A DNA stretch of 38,116 nt from Bacillota bacterium (GCA_023441145.1 JAEZQN010000376.1:1-38116); one strand, 5' to 3'. Shown: positions 1 to 10,856, numbered from the stretch's first letter. Notes: a model not told the origin generated them from the letters alone. A program made the numbers and translations.

Positions 1-63
1 GTATCTGTCTTTCACCAGTATACAGGCTCGTATATTGTTACCCTTTTTAACGAACCTATGCAG

Positions 64-1248
64 TCAACTTAAAGCCAAACACTCCTTAAGAATTGCAATC
101 ATTTCATCAACATGCTCTTTTTCTATAATGAGTGGTGGAATAAAGCGAAGGACGTTAGCACCTGCAGGAACAAGAATCAACCCCTTTTTCTGGGCGTTTA
201 TTATAATGTCGCCTACTGGCTGCTTTAATTCCACTCCTTGCATCAATCCTTTACCACGGCGTTCTACCATGCACTCATTTTCCTCTACTAACTGATTTAA
301 CTGAGCCTCTAAATAGGAACCAACCTCTTTTACATGAGTGGTAATGCCAAGTTTATCGTACAAATCAAATACCACATCCACTGCTGCCGTTGCCAGTGGG
401 TTAAAGCCATAGGTTGTTCCATGATCTCCTGGTTGTAAAGCTAAGGCTGCCTTTCCTCTCGCTGCAAAGGCTCCTACAGGAATTCCACAACCCAAGGCTT
501 TGGCTGAAGTCATTACATCTGGACAAACATCATATCCTTGATAAGCAAACATATCACCTGTACGTCCCATGCCACATTGTATCTCATCACATATCATAAG
601 AAGGTCATGCTCATCACATAATGCACGGACACCCTTTATAAATTCATCCGTACCTGGATAGAAGCCCCCTTCTCCTTGAATCGTTTCAAGTAAAATACAA
701 CAAGTCTTATCTGTAATCTGGGCTTTTACACTATCTAAGTCATTAAAATCTGCAAACTTTATATTTGCTAGCATTGGTCCAAATGCCTTCTGATACTTTG
801 GTTGCCCAGTTACAGCAAGAGCTCCCATACTTCTACCATGAAAAGAATGATTCATGGCAATGATTTCTCCATCTGACTGACCAGTCTTATTATAGTAATA
901 TTTTCTTGCTAGCTTTACTGCACCTTCTATGGCTTCAGTCCCAGAATTAGTAAAAAATACTTTCTCCATGCCAGAGGCCTTCACTAATTTTTTAGCTGCT
1001 TCTACGGAAGGTTTATTATAAAAGAAATTGGACGTATGTATTAAGGTATCTACCTGTGCTTTCACCGTATTTTTAAAAATATCATTACTATAACCTAGTG
1101 CAAATACTGCAATACCTGCTGCAAAGTCTAAATATTTATTTCCATCCTCATCATATAGGTAAACCCCTTCTCCTCTTTCTATCACAATAGGATAACGATT
1201 ATAGACAGAGATAAACACTTCTTTGGCATTATCGATCACTATACTCAT
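64..1248 (-). CDS. argD: Acetylornithine aminotransferase (class III PLP aminotransferase)
   Basis: Motifs [56 protein letters not shown]; follows argB in the argCJBD operon. Confidence 0.95.
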   Translation of the reverse strand: MSIVIDNAKEVFISVYNRYPIVIERGEGVYLYDEDGNKYLDFAAGIAVFALGYSNDIFKNTVKAQVDTLIHTSNFFYNKPSVEAAKKLVKASGMEKVFFTNSGTEAIEGAVKLARKYYYNKTGQSDGEIIAMNHSFHGRSMGALAVTGQPKYQKAFGPMLANIKFADFNDLDSVKAQITDKTCCILLETIQGEGGFYPGTDEFIKGVRALCDEHDLLMICDEIQCGMGRTGDMFAYQGYDVCPDVMTSAKALGCGIPVGAFAARGKAALALQPGDHGTTYGFNPLATAAVDVVFDLYDKLGITTHVKEVGSYLEAQLNQLVEENECMVERRGKGLMQGVELKQPVGDIIINAQKKGLILVPAGANVLRFIPPLIIEKEHVDEMIAILKECLALS

Positions 1249-2155
1249 TTTCTAACCACCCTTCATTATTAATAATTGCGGTTCCTATTCCTTTAATTGT
1301 AAAGAACTCTAGAAGAAGACAGTGATCTCTTTTTCCATTTAAAATATATACTCGATTCACTCCATTTTCTATGGCATCAATACAGTTATTTAACTTTGGT
1401 AACATTCCGCCTCCGATAAATCCTTGATCAATTAGCTCGCGGGCATGATCTATCGTTAATGCAGAGATTAATGTACTTTTATCCTGAGGATCTGTGCATA
1501 CGCCATCAATATCTGTTAGAAATGCTAGCTTTTCAGCACCAATCGCCATTGCTACTGCACAGGCTGCATCATCTGCATTAATATTATAGGTTTGGTACTC
1601 ATCATCTAAACCAATTGGGGCGATGATTGGAATAAAGTCGTTATCAATAAGAGAATCAATAAGAGTGGTGTTTACCTCTTTGATGTTACCTACATAGCCA
1701 ATATCCTGACCATTGGCAAACTTTTTATCTACCTTTAGAGTAGTACCATCTTTTCCACTAATACCAACTGCCTTAACCCCTAGCTGCTCTACCATTTGTA
1801 CCAGATGCTTATTAACACGGTTAAGTACCATCTCTGCCACTTCCATGGTCTCCTCATCAGTGACTCTAAGACCTTCCACAAACTTTGATTCTTTCCCAAT
1901 CTTAGATAGCCATTTGCTAATGTCTTTTCCTCCACCATGTACGATAATCGGTTTCATACCAATGAGTTTTAATAATGCAATATCTTTGATGACACTGCTT
2001 TGTAGATCCTCATCTAACATAGCACTCCCACCATATTTTACTACTACCTTCTTGTTATTATAATGTCTGATGTAGGGAAAAGCCTCAATTAAGGTATTCG
2101 CTTTAATCGTTATTTGCTCCATATAACTATCCATTTTTTCTTCCATCCTATCCAT
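1229..2155 (-). CDS. argB: Acetylglutamate kinase
   Basis: [34 protein letters not shown]. Start moved to Met at 2155 (purine-rich RBS upstream, removes overlap with argJ); nearby downstream Mets are also possible. Confidence 0.93.
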   Translation of the reverse strand: MDRMEEKMDSYMEQITIKANTLIEAFPYIRHYNNKKVVVKYGGSAMLDEDLQSSVIKDIALLKLIGMKPIIVHGGGKDISKWLSKIGKESKFVEGLRVTDEETMEVAEMVLNRVNKHLVQMVEQLGVKAVGISGKDGTTLKVDKKFANGQDIGYVGNIKEVNTTLIDSLIDNDFIPIIAPIGLDDEYQTYNINADDAACAVAMAIGAEKLAFLTDIDGVCTDPQDKSTLISALTIDHARELIDQGFIGGGMLPKLNNCIDAIENGVNRVYILNGKRDHCLLLEFFTIKGIGTAIINNEGWLENEYSDR

Positions 2156-2171
2156 TCTCTTCCTCTTCTCT

Positions 2172-3395
2172 CTAGCTTCTATAGTCGCCATTAATCTTTA
2201 CATAATCGTATGTCAAATCGCAACCCCAGGCAGTAGCACTTGCTTCTCCTTGATGCATATCACAAATTGCTGTCACTTCCTTATCAGAAAGGATCTTTGT
2301 GGCAAACTCTTCACTAAAGTCTGCTGTCAATCCATTCTCCACAAGCTTAAGCTTGCCCGATTCACTTTCTATGTACAAATCCACCTTTTCAGGATCAAAT
2401 TCTACTCCTGCATATCCTAAGGCACAAATAATACGACCCCAATTAGCATCTCTACCAAAGATAGCAGCCTTTACTAGGTTAGAAGTAATTACCGCTTTAC
2501 TAAGTAGTGCTGCTTCATCTTTTGTTTTTGCACCAATAACCTTTGCCTCAAAGAGTTTAGTGGCACCTTCTCCATCTCCTGCAATCAGCTTCGCTAGTGT
2601 CTCATTTACAAAATGTAAGGCTTCACAGAATGCCTGATAATCTTCATTTTCACTATCAATTACAGCATTATTTGCAAGTCCATTTGCCAGTACAATAAGC
2701 GTATCATTGGTAGAGGTATCACGATCTACGCTCATCATGTTAAAGGTATCTTTTACATCTTCACTTAATGCTTTTTGTAACAATTCCTTTGTAATAGCCA
2801 CATCTGTTGTTACAACAGCAAGCATAGTTGCCATATTCGGATGAATCATACCTGAACCCTTACTCATACCAGCTAGGCGCACTGTTTTTCCTGATACTGT
2901 AAACTCCACAGCTACTTCCTTTGGAATAGTATCTGTAGTCATAATTGCTTTGGCAGCATTATGACCAGCCTCTATGTCTCCTGTTAAATTTTCTACCAAA
3001 AGCTTTCCACCTGTCGTAGCTTTATCTACTGGAATCGGCATACCAATGACACCAGTTGATGCTGTCAAAACAGCCTCCACTTTAAGATTAAGAGCATCCG
3101 CTACAGCCTTTGCCATAGCTTCATTGACAGTATCCCCTTCCTTACCAGTACAAGCATTGGCAATCCCACTGTTAAATACCATAGCCTGTGCTGTCTCACA
3201 TTCCTTTATAATGGCCATATCCCATTTTACAGGAGCAGCTTTCACCACATTTGTGGTGAAAACACCGGCTACGATAGCAGGTACCTTACTATATACTAAC
3301 GCCATATCCATTCTATCCTTATATTTAATTCCTGCTGCCACGCTAGCAGCTAAAAAACCCTGAACAGCTGTTACTCCACCATCTACTATCTTCAT
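2172..3395 (-). CDS. argJ: Ornithine acetyltransferase / N-acetylglutamate synthase
   Basis: [37 protein letters not shown] (autocleavage Thr), DTSTND, DGEGATK, DANWGRI. Confidence 0.96.
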   Translation of the reverse strand: MKIVDGGVTAVQGFLAASVAAGIKYKDRMDMALVYSKVPAIVAGVFTTNVVKAAPVKWDMAIIKECETAQAMVFNSGIANACTGKEGDTVNEAMAKAVADALNLKVEAVLTASTGVIGMPIPVDKATTGGKLLVENLTGDIEAGHNAAKAIMTTDTIPKEVAVEFTVSGKTVRLAGMSKGSGMIHPNMATMLAVVTTDVAITKELLQKALSEDVKDTFNMMSVDRDTSTNDTLIVLANGLANNAVIDSENEDYQAFCEALHFVNETLAKLIAGDGEGATKLFEAKVIGAKTKDEAALLSKAVITSNLVKAAIFGRDANWGRIICALGYAGVEFDPEKVDLYIESESGKLKLVENGLTADFSEEFATKILSDKEVTAICDMHQGEASATAWGCDLTYDYVKINGDYRS

Positions 3396-3407
3396 AATAC
3401 TCCTCCT

Positions 3408-4448
3408 TTATGGAAACATCGGAACAATCTGTAAACCTTCATTTTCTGGGAGGCCAAACATGATATTCATGTTCTGTACCGCCTGACCAGCAGCACCCTT
3501 TACCACGTTATCTAAGGCTCCCATCATAATGATACGATTAGTTCTCTCGTCTATTTTAAAGTTAACATCTACAAAATTACTACCTTCTACCCATTTGGTT
3601 TCTGGTGGCACATCTTTCTCTAACACACGTACGAAATATTCATCCTTGTAGCAGTCATTATAAATCTCTTTCATTTCCTCATAGGATACCTTCTTTTTTA
3701 AGTTCCCATAAGCGGTAACTAGTATTCCACGATTCATCGGAACTAAATGGGGAACAAAATCAATTATAATAGATTGCTTTGCTACGTTGCTAAGCTGCTC
3801 CTCAATCTCTGGAATATGACGATGGGTGGCCACTCCATAGGCTTTAATATTTTCATTAACCTCACAAAAGAGATTATTAACCTTGGCTCCTCTTCCAGCC
3901 CCGCTAGTACCCGACTTAGCATCAATGATAATGGACCTTTCTTCTAGTAACCCTGCTTGTAGCGCAGGATAAATACTTAAAAAAGAACAGGTTGGGTAAC
4001 AGCCTGGATTGGCAATTAATCTTGCATTCTTTACAGCCTCTCGATTGATTTCACACAAACCATAGACTGCTTCTTTAATATATTCTTTACTTTTATGTAC
4101 AATGCCATACCATTCTTCATAAATAGCTACGTCCTTGATACGGAAGTCCGCGCTAAGGTCAATCACCTTAGTTTGAGAAAGGATTTCTTCTTTCATGAGG
4201 GAAGCACATAACCCTTGAGGGGTTGCTGTAAAAATCACGTCCACCTGCTTTGCTAGCTCCTCCATGTTATCATCCTGACAGATATTCTCCACAAGTTTAA
4301 CCATATTCCCAAATACAGAAGCATATTTCTGATCTATATAACTATGGGAACCATACCATATAACCTCTGCCTGCTTATGCTGTAATAGAAGTCTCACTAA
4401 CTCTCCTCCAGCATACCCTGTGGAACCAATAATCCCACATTTTATCAT
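3408..4448 (-). CDS. argC: N-acetyl-gamma-glutamyl-phosphate reductase
   Basis: GSTGYAG, IDLSADFR, IANPGCYPT, SGTSGAG, DNVVKGAAGQAVQN; start is 4448 or 4457. Confidence 0.96.
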   Translation of the reverse strand: MIKCGIIGSTGYAGGELVRLLLQHKQAEVIWYGSHSYIDQKYASVFGNMVKLVENICQDDNMEELAKQVDVIFTATPQGLCASLMKEEILSQTKVIDLSADFRIKDVAIYEEWYGIVHKSKEYIKEAVYGLCEINREAVKNARLIANPGCYPTCSFLSIYPALQAGLLEERSIIIDAKSGTSGAGRGAKVNNLFCEVNENIKAYGVATHRHIPEIEEQLSNVAKQSIIIDFVPHLVPMNRGILVTAYGNLKKKVSYEEMKEIYNDCYKDEYFVRVLEKDVPPETKWVEGSNFVDVNFKIDERTNRIIMMGALDNVVKGAAGQAVQNMNIMFGLPENEGLQIVPMFP

Positions 4449-4488
4449 AACTACCATCCCTTCCCTTGATAATATATATCACTTTGTA

Positions 4489-4553
4489 TGTATATTTTTT
4501 CATATAATACGTTTAAGATTAAATAATTATACATCGGCGATGTATTTTATGCA
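4489..4553. promoter_or_regulatory. ARG-box-like ArgR/AhrC operators upstream of argC
   Basis: TGTAT-ATTT-TTTCA (4489-4502), TAAAT-AATT-ATACA (4520-4533) and ATGTA-TTTT-ATGCA (4540-4553) resemble the TGNAT-W4-ATNCA core; the region is AT-rich, so chance matches are possible. Confidence 0.55.
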
Positions 4554-4706
4554 ATACTGTATTTTTAAATAAGATTTCATTTTCAATTCCTTCTTTTATA
4601 AATGCATTGCACAAATCAAATTATTCCCTTTAAAATCAAGGGTTTTCCTACTTAAACTTAAACCTATTATCATTTTTTTCTTTTTTGTCTTATCTAAAAA
4701 TAAGTC

Positions 4707-4741
4707 TTGCATAATTACTCTGTATGTTGTATATTTATTAT
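4707..4741 (+). promoter_or_regulatory. sigmaA-type argG promoter overlapped by tandem ARG-box-like sites
   Basis: TTGCAT (4707-4712)-17 nt-TATATT (4730-4735); TGCAT-AATT-ACTCT at 4708 and TGTAT-ATTT-ATTAT at 4728, 20 bp apart. Confidence 0.6.
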
Positions 4742-4810
4742 TATCATGAAAATCATACCAAATCCCTTTGGGTTTGTTACAATTTTAATAAGAAATGGAG
4801 GCTTTCTATT

Positions 4811-6031
4811 ATGAAAGAAAAAGTTATTTTAGCCTACTCTGGTGGTCTTGATACTACTGCAATTATCCCTTGGCTAAAGGAAAATTATGATTATGAAGTA
4901 ATCTGTTGTTGTATCGATGTTGGTCAAGGCAATGAGCTAGATGGGCTTGAAGAAAGAGCTAAACTATCTGGTGCAACAAAACTGTACATAGAAGATGTAG
5001 TAGATGAATTTTGTGATGAATACGTTGTTCCTTGTGTCCAAGCCAATGCCATCTACGAAAATAAATATCTATTAGGCACTTCCATGGCAAGACCTGTGAT
5101 TGCGAAACGTCTTGTTGAAATTGCAAGAAAAGAAGGTGCTACTGCAATATGTCATGGCGCTACTGGTAAAGGTAATGATCAGATTCGTTTTGAACTTGGA
5201 ATCAAAGCCCTAGCTCCAGATTTAAAGATTATCGCTCCATGGAGATTAGATACTTGGGGTATGAACTCTCGTGAAGAAGAAATTGAATACTGTAAAGCAC
5301 ATGGGATCAATCTTCCTTTCTCCACTGACAACAGCTATAGCCGTGATCGTAATCTATGGCACATTAGCCACGAAGGCCTTGAGCTTGAAGATCCAGCAAA
5401 TGAGCCAAACTATGACCATCTTTTAGTATTAGGTACTACACCAGAAAAGGCACCAACTGAACCAGAATATGTGACGATGACTTTCGAGCAAGGTGTTCCA
5501 AAATCACTAAACGGAGTATCCATGAAAGTATCTGATATTATAAAGGAATTAAATGAACTTGGTGGAAAACACGGAATTGGTATTATTGATATCGTAGAGA
5601 ACCGTGTAGTGGGCATGAAATCTCGTGGTGTTTATGAGACTCCTGGTGGAACCATTCTTATGGAAGCACACCAGCAGTTAGAAGAACTGATTTTAGATCG
5701 TGATACTTACACATTAAAGAAAGAACTCGGTAATAAGTTTGCAGATTTAGTATATGAAGGCAAATGGTTCACACCTAAGCGCGAAGCTATTCAGGCTTTT
5801 ATAGAAACCACTCAGAAATATGTAACCGGTGAAGTGAAATTTAAGCTTTACAAAGGAAATATCATCAAGGCTGGTACCGACTCTCCATACTCCTTATATT
5901 CTGAATCCTTAGCAAGCTTTACCACTGGAGATTTGTATGACCATCACGATGCTGAAGGCTTTATCAATCTATTTGGCTTAAGTTTAAAGGTTCGTGCAAT
6001 GAAGATGGCGGAAGCAGAGAAAAATAAATAA
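4811..6031 (+). CDS. argG: Argininosuccinate synthase
   Basis: [60 protein letters not shown] precedes ATG 4811. Confidence 0.97.
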   Translation: MKEKVILAYSGGLDTTAIIPWLKENYDYEVICCCIDVGQGNELDGLEERAKLSGATKLYIEDVVDEFCDEYVVPCVQANAIYENKYLLGTSMARPVIAKRLVEIARKEGATAICHGATGKGNDQIRFELGIKALAPDLKIIAPWRLDTWGMNSREEEIEYCKAHGINLPFSTDNSYSRDRNLWHISHEGLELEDPANEPNYDHLLVLGTTPEKAPTEPEYVTMTFEQGVPKSLNGVSMKVSDIIKELNELGGKHGIGIIDIVENRVVGMKSRGVYETPGGTILMEAHQQLEELILDRDTYTLKKELGNKFADLVYEGKWFTPKREAIQAFIETTQKYVTGEVKFKLYKGNIIKAGTDSPYSLYSESLASFTTGDLYDHHDAEGFINLFGLSLKVRAMKMAEAEKNK

Positions 6032-6044
6032 TGGTTTCATTTAG

Positions 6045-6080
6045 GCAGTAGTTTTTATATAAACTACTGCTTTATTTTTT
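6045..6080 (+). terminator. Intrinsic terminator of argG
   Basis: GCAGTAGTTT / AAACTACTGC 10-bp stem followed by TTTATTTTTT. Confidence 0.85.
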
Positions 6081-6137
6081 GAAAGTATTAGACGATAAAT
6101 ACAAATAAAGGATAATTTTAGTAATTAGGGGGATAAG

Positions 6138-7883
6138 ATGAACGATCTAAAAAGATTAAAAGACTTAAAACTAAATAATTACTTAAAAAACACGTTATTT
6201 GTTGTTCTAGTCATAAATTTTATCTTCATTATGGCTATGATTACTGTAGTCAATGCCTACCAACTATATTCCATTCGATTATTACTCTTGGATTTTCAAC
6301 TAATCGCATTTTGTGGTATCTTAACAACGGTACTCATTACTATCATCGTTATGCTGACCTTTTTTTACTCCTATAAAGGCTACTATACCTCTTCCATCTT
6401 GTATGCAATTCACATACTCTACACAGTCATATCAAATGGTAAAACCACTGACAACAGTCCTCTAACAGGTCTTCTAATGATTACCATTGGGTATATTAGT
6501 TGTGCTATCATTCACTATAATCATAAAAACTTACAAAAAAATTCCCACCTACTAGAACAACAAAAATCCATATTAAATCAAATTGCCTATTATGATACGT
6601 TAACGAATCTTCCAAATCGCCTCAGGATTCTTTCAGAAATTAACACGATGATTAGTTCCTCAAATCCTGACACCGACACTTTTGCTTTAATCCGTATTGA
6701 TATAGATAATTATCGCGTTCTTCGGGATTATCTAGGTCATGTAAAAGGAGAGGAAGAATTAAAGTTTTTTGCCGATCGTCTAAAATCTGTGATTCATCCA
6801 CTGGACATGCCCGGTCGTATGAATAGCGATGAATTCATTGTTCTCGTGCAACGCCCCCTAACCAAGGACGAACTTCAAGAATACGTTCGTCTTTTACAGA
6901 AGGAATTATGTCATAAAATTACTTGTGCACAAAATTCCTTTTACCTAAATAATCATTATGGTATCAGCTTATATCCAGAGCATGGTACCGAAACAGAACT
7001 CTTGATTCAATACGCTGACGCAGCCTGTTTCTCCGCCAAAACCGATTCAGATCAACATATCTGTTTCTTTAATATTAATCTCTATCAAAAACTTGTTCAA
7101 AAGACTCAAATCGAAAATTCATTACGAGAAGCTATCTATAACAACGAGTTTTACTTAGTTTACCAACCTCAATATAGTTGCAACAACAAACAACTTCGAG
7201 GCTTTGAGGTTCTGCTTAGATGGAACAACCCTACCACTGGCTTAATTCCACCTTCCGTCTTTATCCCTATTGCAGAAGAAACAGGTACAATTCTATCGAT
7301 TGGAAGATGGGTATTAGAGCAAGCATGTATTTCCTTTAATGAAATACTACAAAAATATGATACACACCTTATACTTTCCATCAATATTAGCGCTGTACAA
7401 CTATTAGAAAATTCCTTTGTAGAAACTGTGACTGAAGTTTTGGAATCTACCAGTTTTCCTCCAAATCTCTTAGAATTCGAAATAACAGAAACTGTATTAA
7501 TTTCTTCAAAGGATACTGTTATCCGAGTCTTAAAAGCCTTAAAAAACATGGGTATTCACATTGCTCTAGATGACTTTGGAACAGAATATGCTTCCTTGAG
7601 TTATCTACAGCTTCTTCCACTAGATATTCTCAAAATAGACCGATCCTTTATAAACAGCATAGGAGAAGGAGACACAACTGACTTGGTGGAATCCATTATC
7701 AACATAGCAAAAAAACAATCTCTAATTACTGTAGCAGAAGGGATCGAAACAGAGAATCAGTTAAACTATTTGAAAGAGAAGGGTTGTCAATATGTCCAAG
7801 GCTTTCTCTGGGGGAAGCCTATCCCTAAAAACGATTTAGAGGAACTTCTATCCGATCTAAAATCTCAAAATAAACTTCCATAA
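6138..7883 (+). CDS. Membrane-anchored GGDEF(degenerate)-EAL protein, probable c-di-GMP phosphodiesterase
   Basis: About four N-terminal hydrophobic segments; YDTLTNLPNR, IDIDNY, RMNSDEF; YQPQY, FEVLLRW, EITET, DDFGTEY, KIDRSF, AEGIE, QGF. Confidence 0.9.
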   Translation: MNDLKRLKDLKLNNYLKNTLFVVLVINFIFIMAMITVVNAYQLYSIRLLLLDFQLIAFCGILTTVLITIIVMLTFFYSYKGYYTSSILYAIHILYTVISNGKTTDNSPLTGLLMITIGYISCAIIHYNHKNLQKNSHLLEQQKSILNQIAYYDTLTNLPNRLRILSEINTMISSSNPDTDTFALIRIDIDNYRVLRDYLGHVKGEEELKFFADRLKSVIHPLDMPGRMNSDEFIVLVQRPLTKDELQEYVRLLQKELCHKITCAQNSFYLNNHYGISLYPEHGTETELLIQYADAACFSAKTDSDQHICFFNINLYQKLVQKTQIENSLREAIYNNEFYLVYQPQYSCNNKQLRGFEVLLRWNNPTTGLIPPSVFIPIAEETGTILSIGRWVLEQACISFNEILQKYDTHLILSINISAVQLLENSFVETVTEVLESTSFPPNLLEFEITETVLISSKDTVIRVLKALKNMGIHIALDDFGTEYASLSYLQLLPLDILKIDRSFINSIGEGDTTDLVESIINIAKKQSLITVAEGIETENQLNYLKEKGCQYVQGFLWGKPIPKNDLEELLSDLKSQNKLP

Positions 7884-7905
7884 AAATTCCTTTGTTATGC
7901 GAACA

Positions 7906-7937
7906 TTGACATTCTAACATTTGTTTGTTAGAATGTC
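7906..7937 (+). promoter_or_regulatory. sigmaA-type promoter for the glmS leader, embedded in a 12-bp inverted repeat
   Basis: TTGACA (7906-7911)-17 nt-TAGAAT (7929-7934); arms GACATTCTAACA (7908-7919) and TGTTAGAATGTC (7926-7937). Confidence 0.75.
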
Positions 7938-8099
7938 TTTGTCACTTAACAGACAATAAATCATATAATAAAAAAGGAGTGAATTAGGATAATCTGTTCC
8001 CATCAGGTTATCGAAGATAAGGTGAAACCTTTGACAGAAATGTCTTCATTTGACCCACATAGCAAGTAATACTTTGCCATGTCCTCAGATGATAAAATT

Positions 8100-8249
8100 A
8101 GCGCCAGCACCTCCATTGGGACGAAGTTTGGAGGTTGACGAGGTAGAGAGTAATCGAAAATTCGGCGGATGCTCTCTCGTATTCTCTTGAGTACGTATAT
8201 ATGGACGAAAATATCAGGTAACTGACTCACAAGTCCCTATAGTCAAGAA
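8100..8249 (+). ncRNA. glmS ribozyme (GlcN6P-activated self-cleaving riboswitch)
   Basis: A/GCGCC cleavage site at 8100/8101; P1 ACCTCCA/TGGAGGT; TGACGAGG; P2 GAGAG/CTCTC enclosing ATCGAAAATTCGGCGGATG; P3 and TCTTGA/TCAAGA pseudoknot; P4 GGAC/GTCC with TCAG-GTAA-CTGA GNRA loop; lies upstream of glmS. Confidence 0.96.
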
Positions 8250-8446
8250 AAGCAATCGGTTGTTTCTGTGCTATTTCTGTTTACTTAAATAGGCAAAACA
8301 TCCACATTGCTTCTATTTTTATTGTAAATAATAATCTTGGGCAATCCTATTAAAAGTTCTATTTTGTTAGTGTCTTAACACTAGCTTTTATTAGTTTACT
8401 TTTTATTGCCTGGCTCATTTCATTGAATAGTAAGGAGACGAAATAT

Positions 8447-10267
8447 ATGTGTGGAATTATAGGTTTTACTGGTGTTTTAGAGGCTGAAAAGGTGCTTGTA
8501 GAAGGACTCTCTCAATTAGAGTATCGTGGTTATGATAGTGCAGGTATTGCATTTTTTGAAAATGATAGTATTCGTACAATTAAAACAGCTGGCAAAGTAG
8601 CTTGTCTTGCTGACAAAGTAAAGGACTCTAATATAAAAGATGCTAATTGTGGAATTGGCCATACAAGATGGGCAACTCATGGTGGTGTTTCCGATACTAA
8701 CAGCCACCCTCACACCTCTGGCAAGGTCACTTTAATTCATAATGGTATTATTGAAAACTATAAAGAGCTACAACAGGAGTTGGCTGCCAAAGGGAAAAGC
8801 CCAATCTCACAAACGGATACTGAGATTGCAGCTATGGTAATTAATGACTGCTATGACTATGACCCAATTAAAGCTATTCGTAAGGCTGTTACAAAACTAG
8901 ATGGTCAATATGGTTTCTGTATCCTATTTAAAGATCATCCTGGTAAGATTTTCTGTATTCGTAATGGCAGCCCTCTTGTGGCAACCCATACAGAAAAAGG
9001 GTCTATTATTGCTTCTGACATGGTAGCTCTATTACAGTATTCTAAGGATTACTTTGTTCTTCCTGAAAAACATATTGCCATTCTTACAAAAGAGAATATC
9101 ACAGTGCAGGATTTAGAGGGAACCATTGTTGAACCTAAAATGCTTCATGTTGACTGGGATGTAACAGCTGCCATGAAGGGTGGTTATGATTATTTCATGC
9201 TAAAAGAAATTCATGATCAGCCACAGGCTTTACAAAACACCATTTCTCCGAGAATCAAAAATAGTCTTCCTACCTTTGAAGCAGATGGAGTTCCAGATGA
9301 CATTTTTACAAATTGTAACAGAATTATCATTACTGCTTGTGGAACAGCTATGCATGCTGGTATGATTGGACGCACTCTTATTGAGCGTTTTACTAGAGTA
9401 CCAGTTACTGTAGAAATAGCATCTGAGTTCCGTTATAGTAACCCAATTATGGATGAACACACGCTAGTAATTACGATTTCTCAATCTGGAGAAACTGCAG
9501 ATACCCTAGCTGCCATTCGTCTTGCCAAAGAGCATAATGCCAAGACCTTATCCATTGTCAATGTAAAAGGCTCTACTATCGCAAGAGAAAGTGACTATGT
9601 ACTTTATACACACGCTGGTCCAGAAATTGCTGTGGCTAGTACAAAAGCATATAGTGTACAGCTTTCTGTCTTCTATCTCATTGCTTTCCGTTTTGCCTAT
9701 ACCATCGGTAAATTAAGCGAAGAAGACACTAAGAATTATATTGCTGGATTACAACAAGCCGTTGCTTCCATCAATGAAGTGATGGAATATGAAAACGATT
9801 TAGATATGGTGAGTGCCTCCTTAGATACTGCAGAGGACTTATTCTATATAGGCCGCGGTTTAGACTATGCTCTATCCTGTGAAGGCTCCTTAAAGTTAAA
9901 GGAAATCAGCTATATCCATTCCGAGGCATACGCTGCAGGTGAGTTAAAGCATGGTACCATCTCCTTGATTACTGAAAATGTACCTGTAATTGCTTTAGCA
10001 ACACAAAATGACGTCTTCTCTAAGATGATTAGTAACATTAGAGAGGTGCGAGCAAGAGGTGCTAAGGTGATTCTAGTTACCAATGGAGAAATGGAGTTAG
10101 ATGAATCTGTATGCAGTTTCCACATTTCCATTCCTAAGATGGACGATTGCTTCACTCCATTCGCAACTGCTGTAATCATTCAATTTATTGCGTATTACTG
10201 TGCATTGCATCGTGGTTTGAATGTAGATCAACCACGTAACTTAGCAAAAAGCGTAACAGTAGAATAA
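8447..10267 (+). CDS. glmS: Glutamine-fructose-6-phosphate aminotransferase (isomerizing)
   Basis: N-terminal MCGIIG, LEYRGYDSAG, GHTRWATHG, HNGIIEN, SQSGETADT, VASTKAY, PRNLAKSVTVE; AAGGAG RBS. Confidence 0.98.
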   Translation: MCGIIGFTGVLEAEKVLVEGLSQLEYRGYDSAGIAFFENDSIRTIKTAGKVACLADKVKDSNIKDANCGIGHTRWATHGGVSDTNSHPHTSGKVTLIHNGIIENYKELQQELAAKGKSPISQTDTEIAAMVINDCYDYDPIKAIRKAVTKLDGQYGFCILFKDHPGKIFCIRNGSPLVATHTEKGSIIASDMVALLQYSKDYFVLPEKHIAILTKENITVQDLEGTIVEPKMLHVDWDVTAAMKGGYDYFMLKEIHDQPQALQNTISPRIKNSLPTFEADGVPDDIFTNCNRIIITACGTAMHAGMIGRTLIERFTRVPVTVEIASEFRYSNPIMDEHTLVITISQSGETADTLAAIRLAKEHNAKTLSIVNVKGSTIARESDYVLYTHAGPEIAVASTKAYSVQLSVFYLIAFRFAYTIGKLSEEDTKNYIAGLQQAVASINEVMEYENDLDMVSASLDTAEDLFYIGRGLDYALSCEGSLKLKEISYIHSEAYAAGELKHGTISLITENVPVIALATQNDVFSKMISNIREVRARGAKVILVTNGEMELDESVCSFHISIPKMDDCFTPFATAVIIQFIAYYCALHRGLNVDQPRNLAKSVTVE

Positions 10268-10282
10268 AATATAAGTATGTAA

Positions 10283-10332
10283 TTTAAAACAGAGTGTTTA
10301 TAACTTTTGAGCTATAAACACTCTGTTTTAAA
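10283..10332. terminator. Bidirectional terminator between glmS and the GNAT gene
   Basis: 20-bp perfect arms TTTAAAACAGAGTGTTTATA / TATAAACACTCTGTTTTAAA between convergent genes. Confidence 0.85.
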
Positions 10333-10391
10333 GGTTTGCTATGTATTTTAGGGTTACAATCCAATGCTCACTATCTCCATAAATATAATAT

Positions 10392-10856
10392 TTATTCTTG
10401 CAGTACTAATTCAAATGCAATATCTGCTCTATCAAACGGAAACTTTTTCTTGTCAACAGGCATTTCTATAAAACCATTTTTTCGGTATAAGTGTAATGCA
10501 TGAACACACTTTCTGTTAGAAACAATAATTATTTTCTCAATCTGTTTCGCTTTCGCATATTCGATACATGCCTTTAAACAAGCACTACCTGCTCCCGTTC
10601 CCGTATACATTCCTTTAGCAGCAAATTTCATAATCTCCCAATCTCCGTCTTCTCTCGGTCCGATCATACAACATGCCATAACATTATCATCGCTATCAAG
10701 AGCAAAAAAGATATTGCCCCCGTTTTCAATGATAGGCACCATATTCTCCAACACTCGTATATCTTCTGGCTCTAGTTCAAACATTTCCGAGATCCAAAGC
10801 AAATTCATTTCAATAAAATCGTTTTTATACTTTTCATTATAGGGGACTATTCTCAT
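10392..10856 (-). CDS. GNAT-family N-acetyltransferase
   Basis: WEIMKFAA..YTGTGAG (acetyl-CoA motif A), ALHLYRKNGF (motif B); GGAGG RBS within the end of marR. Confidence 0.9.
   Translation of the reverse strand: MRIVPYNEKYKNDFIEMNLLWISEMFELEPEDIRVLENMVPIIENGGNIFFALDSDDNVMACCMIGPREDGDWEIMKFAAKGMYTGTGAGSACLKACIEYAKAKQIEKIIIVSNRKCVHALHLYRKNGFIEMPVDKKKFPFDRADIAFELVLQE

Noticed and set aside
1..63. Possible start of a further arg gene downstream of argD
   Set aside because: Too little sequence; no confident RBS and start pair
35..3947. Several 61-129 aa plus-strand ORFs opposite argD, argB, argJ and argC (similar ones occur across the window)
   Set aside because: Antisense shadows of well-supported genes with low-complexity S/P/T/F-rich composition
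4724..4810. N-terminal extensions in the ORF track (argG; likewise argB, glmS, asnA, the binding protein and both Hsp70s)
   Set aside because: Downstream Mets have good SD sequences and match family N-termini; the extensions cross promoters or neighbouring genes
8005..8030. AGGTTATCGAAGAT...ACCT resembles the P2 core of a second, tandem glmS ribozyme
   Set aside because: The AGCGCC cleavage site, GACGAGG and TCGGCGGA elements are all missing; only a short match remains
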